Assembly: GCA_001600815.1 (NCBI GenBank)
Contig: BCKZ01000026.1
Location: forward strand, 1-64,000
Direction of reading: 5' to 3'
Length of the DNA: 64,000 nucleotides
DNA from: Alloascoidea hylecoeti
Taxonomy: Eukaryota
Shown here piece by piece: positions 13,084-24,867 of this stretch (position 1 is its first letter; each line of letters begins with the position of its first letter). A program made the position numbers and the translations under genes. Below the pieces are notes generated by a model that ran no database searches, was not told the origin of the DNA, and saw nothing but the letters and a program-made list of their open reading frames with translations.

Positions 13084-13401
13084 CAAACGAATCTTTTCAA
13101 ACATCTTATAAAGATCGAAACAAAGATACCAACCTGAAACAACAAAAAGTCACAATAAACATTGTTAATTTCACTTTCATTTTCACTTTTACCTTCACTT
13201 TCACCCTCCTCTCATTTTCACTTGCATTTAAGCCAATAGTATATTGTGTATTCTATTTCTTGAACAAAATACATCCTTTAAAAAAACTCCATAAAACAAT
13301 TTTCAAACTGATTTAATAGAAACATAGATATATATATATATATAAAACTCAAATAGAAATCAAATAGAAATCAAAAAAATATGAAAAAAATAGATTAACA
13401 T

Positions 13402-15798
13402 CTACCAATATTGTCCTTGATAATCACCACCAATACTATTTTGTCGTACTTGACCACCTAACTGTTGTTGTTGATTTTGCTGATTTTGTTGTTGTTGATT
13501 TTGATGCTGTTGTTGTTGACGTTTTCTAAATTCACCATTGCCAATAATTGGAGTATCTTCATATAATGTTGATCCATCTTCAACATTACTTGAATTTGTA
13601 AAATGTCTTTTATTATTAGGAAACCCCATTCCTGCAGCTCCATTTAAATTACCATTACCATTTATATTTGAACCAGTTGGATATGAATCACGTAATGAAT
13701 ATGCTCTTGAATCAATTGCATTTGATTCAGTTTCAGTTTCTTTTATATTATCATTATTTATAGATTGTGAATAATAACCATCAGGTTGTATATGAGATTG
13801 GGATTGAAATGGTAAATCATATTGTAATTGTTGATGATATTGAGAATTTTGTGATGATGGGATATTTAATGATCGATGTTTTGGGTACATTGGATATGGT
13901 TGATCAATTTTTGAAATTGGGGATGTTCTATCATTTTGTAATTGTGATTGCGATTGAAATTGTGCTTGTAATTGTGATTGTAATTGGGGTTGTAATGGTT
14001 GATTTGGTTGTATATATTGAGAATTTGAATTTTGAGAAATTGATCGGTTTGTTGGTGTTCTTAATGAATCATGTCTTGATAACATCATATTTGCAACATT
14101 AACTTTTTGGTTTAAATTTTGAATTTGATTTTGATTTAAATTTGTATTTGAATTTTGTCTTGCATTTTGATTTGAATTTTGAAAATTTGGATATTTTTGA
14201 ATTTGATTTTGATTCTGATTTTGATTTTGACCTTGAATCTGATTTAAATTTTGATATTCAATTTCAGGAGTTTTAACATGTGGTACAGATTGTGAATAAT
14301 GATGAGATCTATGTGATGAAGAATCTTGAATATCAATTTTTGGAATATCAAGACTTGATCTACTACCTATACCATTTTGTTGTTGTTGAACTTGGATAAT
14401 TTTTTTATTTGTAATACCAGAAGATCTTAATTTTCTTGATATATAATCAGCTCTATTATCCCTTGAACTTGATTCACTTAAATTTTTTAAATCTTTATAC
14501 CATTCCATCATTGAATCATAAGAATCTGCTTTGAAAGACCAATTATGACCTCTATGTGAAATACCTTTTGTCTTTGCATATAATGTAAATTTTACATTTG
14601 TTTTTGAAGGATTTTTACCAAAATCTTGTAATTGACAATCTTCTAATGCAATGGACATTAAAGGAATTGGATCTTTTAAATAATCAGGACTTTTAAATTC
14701 ATGTATAAAAGTTGGAGTTAAAACATACCAACCTCTTGAATAAGATTTTAAATATTTTGATCTTCTTTCTAAATAACCACTTTTAACTTCAACAGCTAAA
14801 TAATCATTCATATGAGCATAAATAATATCATCAACATTTCTTTTTTGTAAAGAAGGATCAACAAATGAAGGATCTCTTGATATAAAATTATCCCATTCTA
14901 AAGTTGAATCTTTTACTAAAAAGCCAGAATCAATTTTAAAACATAACATTTCTAATATTGTATTTGCTTGTAAATTCATTAATTGAGAAAAGATTTTTAA
15001 AGCAGACTGTAATTCAGTAACAACTACTTTTTCTAATTCTCTGCCAGAACCTTGTAAATTAATAAAAGCTTCATGTAAATAATTTTCTTCTAAAATTTGT
15101 TTTTTAATTTGTTTATCAAGTATTAATTTTAATAAGTAAGGATCTTGTTTACCAGTTAATCCACTACTTGTTTTTGCAAGACTTAAAGAATGAGTATAAT
15201 TAGTTAAATATTTTTGTGTTAATTGTTGTTCTTTTGCAACTGAATTTTTAAAATCTGAAGATAAATTTCTAATTTCTTTAATTTTAATTAATAAATCTCT
15301 TCTTAAATCCTCAAGTCTTGGAATAGTACTACCATTAAATTCTTTAATCAGTCGCTGGGAATTAACAGCGGCAGTTTTGTGATAAGAAATAAGGGTATCT
15401 GGGACATCTTGTATAGAACCTTGACCAAAAGGAATGAAGGAAAACTCTCTCGGGTCATCTGATGATGTTGTTGGATTTGTATCCAAAGAACCACTAACAA
15501 AAAAAGGAAACTGAACAGCATGGGATAATCGGATATGTTGCCTAACAATTTCCTCCTGAACCGAAGAAGATTCTCTGAAATACATTGCCAACCCCTTGAT
15601 TATTTTCATCCATCCGGAAAAACGAGCAGCTAGAAGCTCTGTTGGGTTGGCAGTTATGGGCAGTGCAGTATAAAAAGGCGAACGGGGGTCGGATGATAGG
15701 ACCATGTCGGAGGAAGTGCCCCCAGGCGCCCCCTGTTTCGAGTAGGAGGTCAGGGAGGTTGAAGGAGACATTAAAGAATTGCTCAGTTCGCTTTCCAT
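13402..15798 (-). CDS. SLM1: Slm1/Slm2-family BAR-PH eisosome/TORC2 effector with Q/N-rich C-terminus
   Basis: PTELLAARFSGW, IPRLEDLRRDLLIKIKEI, DPYLLK, and PH domain SGYLERRSKYLKSYSRGWYVLTPTFIHEFKS..HNWSFKADSYDSMMEWY. The likely start is ATG 15798; the ORF-track extension runs through the tRNA. Confidence 0.9.
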   Translation of the reverse strand: MESELSNSLMSPSTSLTSYSKQGAPGGTSSDMVLSSDPRSPFYTALPITANPTELLAARFSGWMKIIKGLAMYFRESSSVQEEIVRQHIRLSHAVQFPFFVSGSLDTNPTTSSDDPREFSFIPFGQGSIQDVPDTLISYHKTAAVNSQRLIKEFNGSTIPRLEDLRRDLLIKIKEIRNLSSDFKNSVAKEQQLTQKYLTNYTHSLSLAKTSSGLTGKQDPYLLKLILDKQIKKQILEENYLHEAFINLQGSGRELEKVVVTELQSALKIFSQLMNLQANTILEMLCFKIDSGFLVKDSTLEWDNFISRDPSFVDPSLQKRNVDDIIYAHMNDYLAVEVKSGYLERRSKYLKSYSRGWYVLTPTFIHEFKSPDYLKDPIPLMSIALEDCQLQDFGKNPSKTNVKFTLYAKTKGISHRGHNWSFKADSYDSMMEWYKDLKNLSESSSRDNRADYISRKLRSSGITNKKIIQVQQQQNGIGSRSSLDIPKIDIQDSSSHRSHHYSQSVPHVKTPEIEYQNLNQIQGQNQNQNQNQIQKYPNFQNSNQNARQNSNTNLNQNQIQNLNQKVNVANMMLSRHDSLRTPTNRSISQNSNSQYIQPNQPLQPQLQSQLQAQFQSQSQLQNDRTSPISKIDQPYPMYPKHRSLNIPSSQNSQYHQQLQYDLPFQSQSHIQPDGYYSQSINNDNIKETETESNAIDSRAYSLRDSYPTGSNINGNGNLNGAAGMGFPNNKRHFTNSSNVEDGSTLYEDTPIIGNGEFRKRQQQQHQNQQQQNQQNQQQQLGGQVRQNSIGGDYQGQYW

Positions 15799-15838
15799 GA
15801 AAATGCAAATAGCAGCCTGAAAATGAAGTAGAAGCGTG

Positions 15839-15851
15839 GGTGTATGGGTGT
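15839..15851 (-). promoter_or_regulatory. Rap1-consensus site (ACACCCATACACC)
   Basis: GGTGTATGGGTGT matches ACACCCRYACAY; an identical 13-mer lies at 42348-42360. Confidence 0.6.
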
Positions 15852-15894
15852 TACATACTCCAAAATGGAAAGGAACAAAAAATTCAAAAAGAAA

Positions 15895-15968
15895 CGACCT
15901 CGGAGAGGATTGAACTCTCGATCTTGCGATTAACAGTCGCACGCCTTAACCAGCTTGGCCACGAAGTC
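15895..15968 (-). tRNA. tRNA-Asn (GTT), intronless
   Basis: GACTTCGTGGCCAAGCTGGTTAAGGCGTGCGACTGTTAATCGCAAGATCGAGAGTTCAATCCTCTCCGAGGTCG: cloverleaf, A and B boxes, anticodon GTT, followed by a TTTCTTTTT Pol III terminator. Confidence 0.97.
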
Positions 15969-16135
15969 ATGATTTTTGTTTTCGGAATCAGCTGATTAGG
16001 AAGTTCTCTGTGAGGGAGGCAAAAAGCTGACATCATTGGCAAAGTAAGGTTATAATTTTTGGATGCAAGAATACATGAATGTTTAGTCCTTGTCATCTTG
16101 GTAGTTGCAACATCTTTTTTCTTTTGTCTTTTATC

Positions 16136-19100
16136 ATGAACAATAATATACATCATGAGACTCAACCTTTCCAACCAAAACAATTATTGGTATGGTTTCA
16201 TGAACCAAGAGTTTCAATTAATGATGTTATAATAAATATGGATTTATTACCAGGTGCTCAAGAAGGTGATATTGCTGAGTTACAATCTATTGAAGGAAAT
16301 TCAAAAATGAAATTACTATTTGTTTTAGAAAAAATGGATGAAGATTTATCCAAGAAAATGTATAACGTTCAAATTTCTTTACTTTCTGGGAATTTATCAA
16401 CTCTATTAAATATCGCTCCAAGGAGTCCTGTCATAATAAGACCTGTAAGTTCTTTAATTTTTAACTCTAATTCTAAACTTTTTCTTTTCATTCCCTTTTC
16501 ATACCAAAAACTAATTAATCATCATGATCATGATAGCGCCTGAAAAAAGATGTCGAAGCAGATACTGTTGAAATATACATTAAAGATATTTATTTATCCC
16601 GTGGTGATATGTGGAGATTATCTTCATCATTAATAAATAAATGTATTTATAAAACAAAAAGATTATCATTTTTAAATAAAATAAGATATTCAATAAATGA
16701 TATTTATAAAAATGGTAAAAAAAAATTTTCTGCATTAATCACATCAAATACAAAAATTGTTTTTAGATCTGAAAGTTCAAGATTATTAATATTTATACAA
16801 ATGTCAAAAGAAATGTGGCATTTTGAAGAAACTGGTGAAATTTTATTTAATAAAATGTTAAATTCTTTATTTCCTGAAATTTTTAAAAGATGGAATGAAT
16901 TAAATACTCATCATTTAGTAACAATTGTTTTATTTACAAGTTTATCTATATCAAATTCTAATTTAAATGAAAATGAAAATGAAAATGAGAATGAAAATGG
17001 AAATGAAAATGGAAATTCAACTGAATCCTGTGAAAATTCAAAAGATTATTATAAAGTTGTTGTTGATCAAGTTCATATTAAAAAATGGAGTGAAATAATG
17101 GGTATATTACGATATGAATTCAACATTTTTAAAAAAAATATTTTATTACAACATTTTAATAATCGAAATGATTTAAGTGATATAATATTACCAACAATTA
17201 AAGGAAATTTATTAGAAGCAATTAATTTAGGTACAACTTTAATTGTTGATAGTTTTAGAGAACCTGATTTAAGACATACAAATACTCATTTTTTCATAAT
17301 AACCCCTGGTACTGGTATATTTGATGTTGATTATGATTTATTAAAATTTACAAGTAAAAAACTATTATCATTAGAAAGTGTTTTTGATATGATTTGTTTA
17401 AGTCGTCCTCCATTACATGTTGTACCACTTTTTAGATATAAAGATTTTAGAAAAAGAATTTCTCATTGTATACCAAGTTGGATTGATATATCTTTTTGGG
17501 AATGTAATGATAAATTATTAAAACAATGGATACCAAGATGTAAAATTTATGAAATTCAAATGATGGATGTTATTGAAAATGAACCTGTTAATTCTGCTCC
17601 AATATATTTTTTATCAAATCCAAAATCAATTGTTGATGCAATGGATTCTTATGATAGTGATGTTTTCACTTCAATTGATAATTTAAAAAATATTCATAGT
17701 ACTGACCTGGTTAATACAAGATTTGGTGTTAGTATTGAAGATTCTTTCAAGAATAATTTGAATGTTAAAATTATAAAGAAAAATAAAAATAAAAATAAAA
17801 AGAAAAAGGAAAAGGAAAAAGAAGAAAATGATTCTCAAGAATATGGTCCAGGTGTAACAACAGTTTCAAAAGTTGATCCATCAACAATGACTTCAAATAT
17901 TTTTGGTTCAGTAACAAATACTCGACCTAATATTTCTGCGTTATCATCTTTATTATCACTTGGAATAACCGATAAAAGGCCATCATTATATTGGAAAAGT
18001 TCATATGCTACATCAGATTCAAATGTTATATTACAATCATCAAATGATACTAACAATCTTAATGATCATAACAAAATTACTCATAGTAGTTCAATGATTA
18101 TGTTAAGAAATAATAATGATAATAAATTTAAATTTAAAAAAAGAAACAAATCGAAAAATGAAATTAATAATGATCTACATAATTTAAGAATAAAAGATTT
18201 ATATTCAAAATCAAATTCGAAATCAAATAATCATAATCACAATAATCATATGCATATGCATAGTATTTCTGAAATTAGACCAAGTACTGGTATAAGAAAT
18301 AATGTTGATATAACAACAGAATCAAAAAAAATCATTACTTATAATAGCAATTCAATGTGGACTCCAATTGAAAATCCATCAAGATCAATTAGTGATGAGT
18401 TATTAAAAGAATATAATTTTGGTAGATGGAGTTATGTTATACCAAAAAATGTTAAACGTAAAACGATTAAATGGAGATCATTATCAACTCCTGCTTCATT
18501 ACCAATAACAACTCCTGTATTTCCAACTTTTAATGATTTTCAAATGAATTATACTTTTCAAATTTATGATGTTATAATTGATCCCGATAGATCTGATGAT
18601 ATAACAATTCATGATTTAATTTGTGAAATGATTTCTTTAAGATTAGTTATGGGGTTTCAAATTTGTACTGGTGATAATGTTAAAAAAATTGAAGAAAGAA
18701 GAAAACCAAATGGTAATCCAGATGCTTTAGTAATTTATATACCTGATTATGTTGATGGTAGTATAATTTATATGTCAAGAGATGATCAAATTCATAGAAT
18801 TTCTTGTGATTATTATGGTAATGTAAATGTTCAAGTTTATAAATTAATTAAAATTGATTCATTTTTACCAATTAATGATACTTATTATCCATTAATTAAA
18901 ACAAGATATAAAGAAAATTTTGAAAAAACTGAAATTAATGTTTATGGACAAAATCCAACTACTTTTAATTGGAATCAATTGGATCAAATTTTAGCTGGTT
19001 ATGAAGATAGTTTAATTGATAAAAATCAACAAAATAAAACAAGATTTATTATATTACCAACTGGTAATATATCAAAACAAAATAAATTATTTTTAACACC

Positions 19101-19960
19101 ATCTTCATTATCAACTAGCAATAATGATAATGATAGTAATGTTAATGAAGATTTAAGTATTGAAGAAATTAATTTAGAAGGTATTAGATATTTAATATCA
19201 CAATTATATAAATCAAGATTCATTGAAAAAGAAGAAAAAAGAAGAAATAATATTATTAATAATGAATTTGTACCTGATATAAGTTTTTATACAGGAAATT
19301 TAGAAACCTTTTTATTACAACAAATTAAACATAATAATATGAATAATGATATGAATAATGATAATTCATTATTTATTAAAAAAAATGAGATATTTAATAA
19401 AAGTACAAAATTAAATCAATTATCACAAGAATTACAAAGTTTAAAAGGTATTTCATTTGTTGATAGAAGATGGCATTGGAAATCATTTAAAAATTGTTTT
19501 CTTGGTATGGAATTTGTTGATTGGTTAATTGAAAAATTTATTGATATTAATAAACGTGAAGATGCTGTCTTATTTGGTAATGAATTAATGAAAGAAGGTC
19601 TTTTTCATCATGTTGAACATAGACATACTTTTTTAGATGGTCATTATTTCTATCAACTTAATAAAGATTATATTAAATCATCATGGTTAAATAATAAATC
19701 GACATATGCATTGACAAATACAGAATCACAATCTATTCATGATGATATTTCACCAGTATCTTCAAATATTTATATTAATAACAATTTAAGTAATATAAAA
19801 AGATCAGATTCAGGTACAACATTAAATTCGAGAATCTCGAAAGATAAATCATTTGATACATTTTTTCCAGCTTCTGTTGCTGTTGGTGGAAGATTTGATC
19901 AACCAGTTTTAAGCAAATTATTTTCAAAAACTTCATTTTCAATTGATGAATCAATAAATC

Positions 19961-19998
<38 letters not shown>

Positions 19999-20937
19999 TC
20001 AACTAATAATGATGATTTACCGAAAGCAGAAATAAGTAAAATGATGATTATTGATGTTGATCCACAACATTATTCTTATAGACCTGAATTATTAAAAATT
20101 CATTATGATAGAGTTCATAATCCAGAACATGGATATCATTTAAGACTTGAATGGCTTAATACAACTCCTAAATTTATTGATGATGCAATCTCAAATTGGA
20201 GTAGAATTTGTGAAAGATATGGACTTAGACTAGTTGAAGTTCCATGGACTGAAATTAGTCAACTTATTGTATTAAATCCTTTTCATTCTCATGCTATTTT
20301 AAAATTATCTTTAGATCCTAATTCTATACCAGAATTAAATTTAAATTTAAATTCCAACTCTGATTCAGATGTTGAGTCAATTTCAAAAGATGATCCAATT
20401 TCAAAAGATGATCCAATTTCAAAAGATGACCCAATTTATTATGATAATTTATTTTATCATAAATATCTATTTGCCCATTTTGGATTCATTGAAGAAACAT
20501 TCCCTAGTAAAAAACTTGAAAATAAATCAATTGAAGTTTCATTTTCATGGGGTAAACCAGATTATTTATATTATCAATATATTCATACAAGTGGTACATA
20601 TTTAGGTGAAATTACTGATGATGGAGATTTTATATTAGCACCAAATAATTGTTATATTTCAAGATTAACAACTACTTCATCATCATCACCATTTAAAAAA
20701 GAAAAGAATGACTATGAATATGATAATAATATTCATCAAATTTTAATTGATTTTCAAGATTTATGTAATGATTCTAAAAAGTTAAAGAAAATATTTATGG
20801 AAGCAAAAGAAAAATGGAAAACTTCTTTTTATAAAAATGTCAATGGTTTAGAATCTATTGATGTTTCACAAGATGTTCAAAGTGAAAGTCAAAGTGAAGG
20901 AAGTTCTAGAATATTACAACAAATGACATTAATGTAA
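16136..20937 (+). CDS. IML1: Iml1/DEPDC5 SEACIT (GATOR1) subunit
   Basis: TKIVFRSESSRLLIFIQMSKEMWHFEETGEILF, KWRSLSTPASLPITT, and DEP domain DRRWHWKSFKNCFLGMEFVDWL. Exons 16136-16444 and 16537-20937 (GTAAGT..ACTAAT..TAG, phase 0). Confidence 0.95.
20378..20437 (+). repeat. In-frame 18-bp tandem repeat x3 (ISKDDP) in IML1
   Basis: CAATTTCAAAAGATGAYC repeated three times. Confidence 0.9.
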
Positions 20938-21042
20938 CAAATAAGTTATAATAATTATATTGTAAATATTTTAACAATTAAAAAGAACATGAATAAATTA
21001 AATAATTATATACTATCATTTTAATCTAATATATATTCACAT

Positions 21043-22192
21043 CTAAGCTGCAATTCTTTGTGCAATCTTAATGGTATCAGCTAAAACACCAGCTGCTGTG
21101 ACAGCATCACCGGCACCAGCACCTTGTACAATAACAGGATTCGGATATCTTTTAGTTTTAATTGCAATAACATTATCAGAACCTTTTAAAGAAGCAAATG
21201 GATGAGATGCATCATATTTTTCAATTCCAACAGATGCTTTATTATTTACTTTATCAACTTTACCAATAAATCTTAAAACTTTACCTTCAGATAATGCTTC
21301 TTCTTTTAATTCATCTAATTCTGAATCGAAATTTGGTAATTTTTCTAAAAATTCTGAAGCAGTTTTAACAGATTCTAATTGTTTTGGAATTAAAGATTGA
21401 ACAGGGAATGATGATGGAGATTCAATTTCTAAACCAGATAATCTGCCAACAATTGTAACTTTTCTTGCAACATCAAGACCATTTAAATCATCTCTTGGAT
21501 CAGGTTCAGTATAACCTAATGATTTTGCAATTTTAACAACATCTGAAAATTTAACATTTGATGGAGTTAAAGTAGAAAATTCATTAAAAATATAACTTAA
21601 AGTACCAGAAAATATACCCTCAATAGAAATAACTTCATCCCCTGTTGTAATTAAATCATTAAGATTTCCAATAATTGGAAGACCAGCACCAACACTTGAT
21701 TCGTGATAAACAAGACCACCATTTGGCTTTTCAGTTGCAGCGAAAATTTTCTTCCAATGATCAAAAGAACCAGAAAAGGCTTTCTTATTTGGAGTAGCAA
21801 TTGAAACTCCATTTTCTAAAAGAAATGGATAAGCATCAGCGATTGCTTGGGAAGATGTATTATCAATTAAAATAGCCGGTAATGGAGATTTAATAGCATA
21901 GTCAAAAATCTGATCTAAACTAACATTATCCTTTGCATTAACATCAAGATCAGACTCCCAATTACCCAAGTTGAGAGGTTTATAAGCAGCAGAAAGCCAA
22001 GTAGCTTGAGCTTTTGCAATTCCAACGACATTATAAGTAATTTTTGAAGGTCTTAAACTCTTCAATTGGTTAACGAAAGCAGAACCAACGACACCGGTTC
22101 CTTAATAATTGGTCAGTTTTTCAATCTGAAAACCCTAATTCTAATTTCATCACCAACATACCAATAATAACGACATTGACAGCTTTGGACAT
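21043..22192 (-). CDS. HOM6: Homoserine dehydrogenase
   Basis: Exon 1 22192-22162 plus exon 2 22100-21043 gives the Rossmann motif MSKAVNVVIIGTGVVGS; also ATPNKK, ESSVGAGLP, GYTEPDPRDDLNGLDVARK, GAGAG. Confidence 0.97.
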
Positions 22193-22272
22193 TATGATTA
22201 TATTTATATTGATATTTAAATAAAGAAGTACTAAAGATTTTCCAAATATTTGGAAGAAGGTTTAAATGTCAA

Positions 22273-22293
22273 GAGTCATATCATATCACGTGA
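22273..22293. promoter_or_regulatory. Gcn4-type (ATGACTC) and Cbf1/Pho4-type (TCACGTGA) sites in the HOM6/PPX1 divergent promoter
   Basis: GAGTCAT 22273-22279 and TCACGTGA 22286-22293, within the 158 bp between the two start codons. Confidence 0.6.
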
Positions 22294-22350
22294 AACGTTT
22301 CTCCATAAATCAAATCGTTATTTATTGAAATTGTTATTTATTGCCCAAAA

Positions 22351-23635
22351 ATGACATCTCAGACTTTAAAATCATTTTTATCAGCTTCAAAAGAGACATT
22401 TCTTTCGATCACAAAAAACTTAACTTCAAATTCATCCAAAGCTTGTTTTGTGTCCGGAAATGAAGCTTCTGGTAGGTTATGTTCATTGTATGATACTAAA
22501 GATTGATATTAATAAACGTTTTTCATTATTAGACCTTGATTCCATTATAAGTTCAATAGTTTTTGCTTATTTACAATCAATTCATTGGACTCATAACCCA
22601 TCTGATATATCAAAGAAATATCAATCTAGAATTCTTCCAATTATTAATATCCCCAGAAATGATCTTCCATTACGAAGAGATGTTGAATTTGTCTTTTCAA
22701 AAGCAAACATATCATCTGAAAATTTGATATTTATTGATGATTTATCAAAAATTGTGAAAAATAATTTTAAATTTGATCTTATACTTGTTGATCATAATAA
22801 TCCAACCGGATTACTATCAAAATCATTCAATGAAATAATTGGCATTATTGATCATCATGTTGATGAAGGATTATTTATTGATTCAATTAATCGAAATTTT
22901 GGTCCAAGAATTATAGAGAAATCAGGTAGTTGCTCAAGTCTAATTGTGAAGTATTGGGTTAATGAGTTTAATAAAATTAGTGCTAATGTTGATATAGAAT
23001 TTAAAAACATTTCAGAACTTATATTATCACCATTAATTATTGATACATCATGTTTAAAGCATAGAGTTGAAGAATCGGATACGAAAGCATACAATATCTT
23101 AAAGAAAATAGTTCCTAATCAATTTAATATAGAAAAATACTTCGATGATTTACAAAATGCAAAAACCGATATAAAAGGAATGAAATCCATAGATATTCTA
23201 AGGAAAGATTATAAAGAATGGAATATTACTACAAATAAATCAAAAAATGAATTAAGAATTGGTATTAGTTCAATAGTTAAATTATTTGATTGGATATATA
23301 ATGAACATAAAACTTTTGATGAAAGTGTTTTAAAGTTAGGTAATGATCTTAACTTAGATTTGTTTTTAATCATGGCATCGGATGCTCCAAGAGGGAAATT
23401 TCAGAGACAGATTAAATATTTTGCAATATCTAAAAAAGGAACCGAAGCTTTAAACCATTTAGTTAATGGTTCAAAACAAGAACTTGAATTGGAATCTATT
23501 ACTTTACCAGAAAACATCGAAGTGAAAGCTTTAAATGGACATCCATCACCTCTCTTGTTCCAACAAAAGAACACAAAAGCCAGTAGGAAATTAGTTGCAC
23601 CATTAACACAAAACATTCTTCACTCCCAATTTTAA
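22351..23635 (+). CDS. PPX1: Exopolyphosphatase (DHH family)
   Basis: Exons 22351-22471 and 22533-23635 rebuild GNEASDLDS; also LVDHN, GIIDHH, GSCSSL, ILRKDYK, ASRK. Confidence 0.93.
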
Positions 23636-23638
23636 TGA

Positions 23639-24754
23639 TTAGTCGTCTTTGGGTTTATCGAGAAATCCGACCTTCCATGAGTCAAACGATTTTACAGAGG
23701 ATGGTAATGATTCATTTGTTTTTTCCAATGATTCTATCAATGCTTTAATTATATCTGATGAGAAATATAAACCTTCAAATTCACCCCTACCTTTTCTAAG
23801 TTCAACATACTTATTTAATTCTGTTGAATATAATATCTTCATAGCATGTGATTGTTTTCCCTTATTTGTAGAAGTAAAACTTATACCAATATTTAAAACC
23901 CATACTAATAATGATAATTTATCTGTATCTTCGTTGTATATTTCAAAATGTCTAGACGTATGAGAATGAACAGAATCCATTATAACACTATAAACAAATC
24001 CTAATGTATCAAAATTTGTTATTTTATTACTATATGACAAATTCATATTCCATTTATTAATTCTAAATGAATTTTCTGAATCAGAAACACCAACAACTGT
24101 ATTACAATTAGTGCAAACAACTTCCATAGAAGATAACTCATTTATATTTTCCTTCCAACTTCCTTGTTTGTTTAAAAGAATATAAGAAGGACCAACGAAT
24201 AAACCTTGAGGTCTTGGAATAAAATTTGAACCGCTTATAATTCCTGATCCTGCAGTTGTATTTTTATCACGATGACAAAACCACATATCCATCATTTCTG
24301 CCCATGATTCAGAAGGCATTTCCAGAATATTTTCGATGTTTTTGCTCTCTAGTAAACACGATCCACATGAATTACAAATAAAAGAAAAACCCCGATTTGA
24401 ACATTGTTGTAAATACTTTGATCTCCATGGATAGTTTTGTCCCATTTCAGCCATTAGACTAGATGATCTATCAGAATAAGCAAGATCATCAGAAACAGGA
24501 CTAGAATATAACCTAACACTAAAAGAGGTATCATTTTGCTTTGTTGCTTGTTTTGAAATCTTTTTGACTATATTTGATAAAGATATTATCCATGACTTTT
24601 TTCTATATGTAACAGTTACTTCATCAGAACCATCTTTTGCTGAAAAATTGACCTCTTCCTGAACCGTACCATTTGGAATCTCCGAGGATTCAAAAGATAC
24701 TGAAACGATCCCAATTCTTGGTAAAAATTCCGTATAATATAAATAATTTGACAT
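23639..24754 (-). CDS. IPA1: Ipa1/UBE3D-like HECT_2 domain protein
   Basis: YYTEFLPRI N-terminus, CxxC pairs, EMPSESWAEMMDMWFCH. Adjacent and divergent to HIR3, as in S. cerevisiae (YJR141W). Confidence 0.85.
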   Translation of the reverse strand: MSNYLYYTEFLPRIGIVSVSFESSEIPNGTVQEEVNFSAKDGSDEVTVTYRKKSWIISLSNIVKKISKQATKQNDTSFSVRLYSSPVSDDLAYSDRSSSLMAEMGQNYPWRSKYLQQCSNRGFSFICNSCGSCLLESKNIENILEMPSESWAEMMDMWFCHRDKNTTAGSGIISGSNFIPRPQGLFVGPSYILLNKQGSWKENINELSSMEVVCTNCNTVVGVSDSENSFRINKWNMNLSYSNKITNFDTLGFVYSVIMDSVHSHTSRHFEIYNEDTDKLSLLVWVLNIGISFTSTNKGKQSHAMKILYSTELNKYVELRKGRGEFEGLYFSSDIIKALIESLEKTNESLPSSVKSFDSWKVGFLDKPKDD

Positions 24755-24867
24755 TTTTAATGTTTCATATAAAAAATGGTTAAACAATATAGAAGAAACA
24801 TCCAAACATTCATATAGATAACACAAAATATTATAACATTTTAAACCAAACCTCCAACAAAGTATTA

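Noticed and set aside
15817..15858. Possible 42-nt 5' UTR intron in SLM1 (GTATGT..TTTCAG)
   Set aside because: No branch motif, shorter than every other intron here, and it overlaps the Rap1-type site.
15799..15942. N-terminal extension of the SLM1 ORF (MRLLIARS..)
   Set aside because: It runs through the tRNA-Asn gene and its terminator; the conserved sequence starts after ATG 15798.
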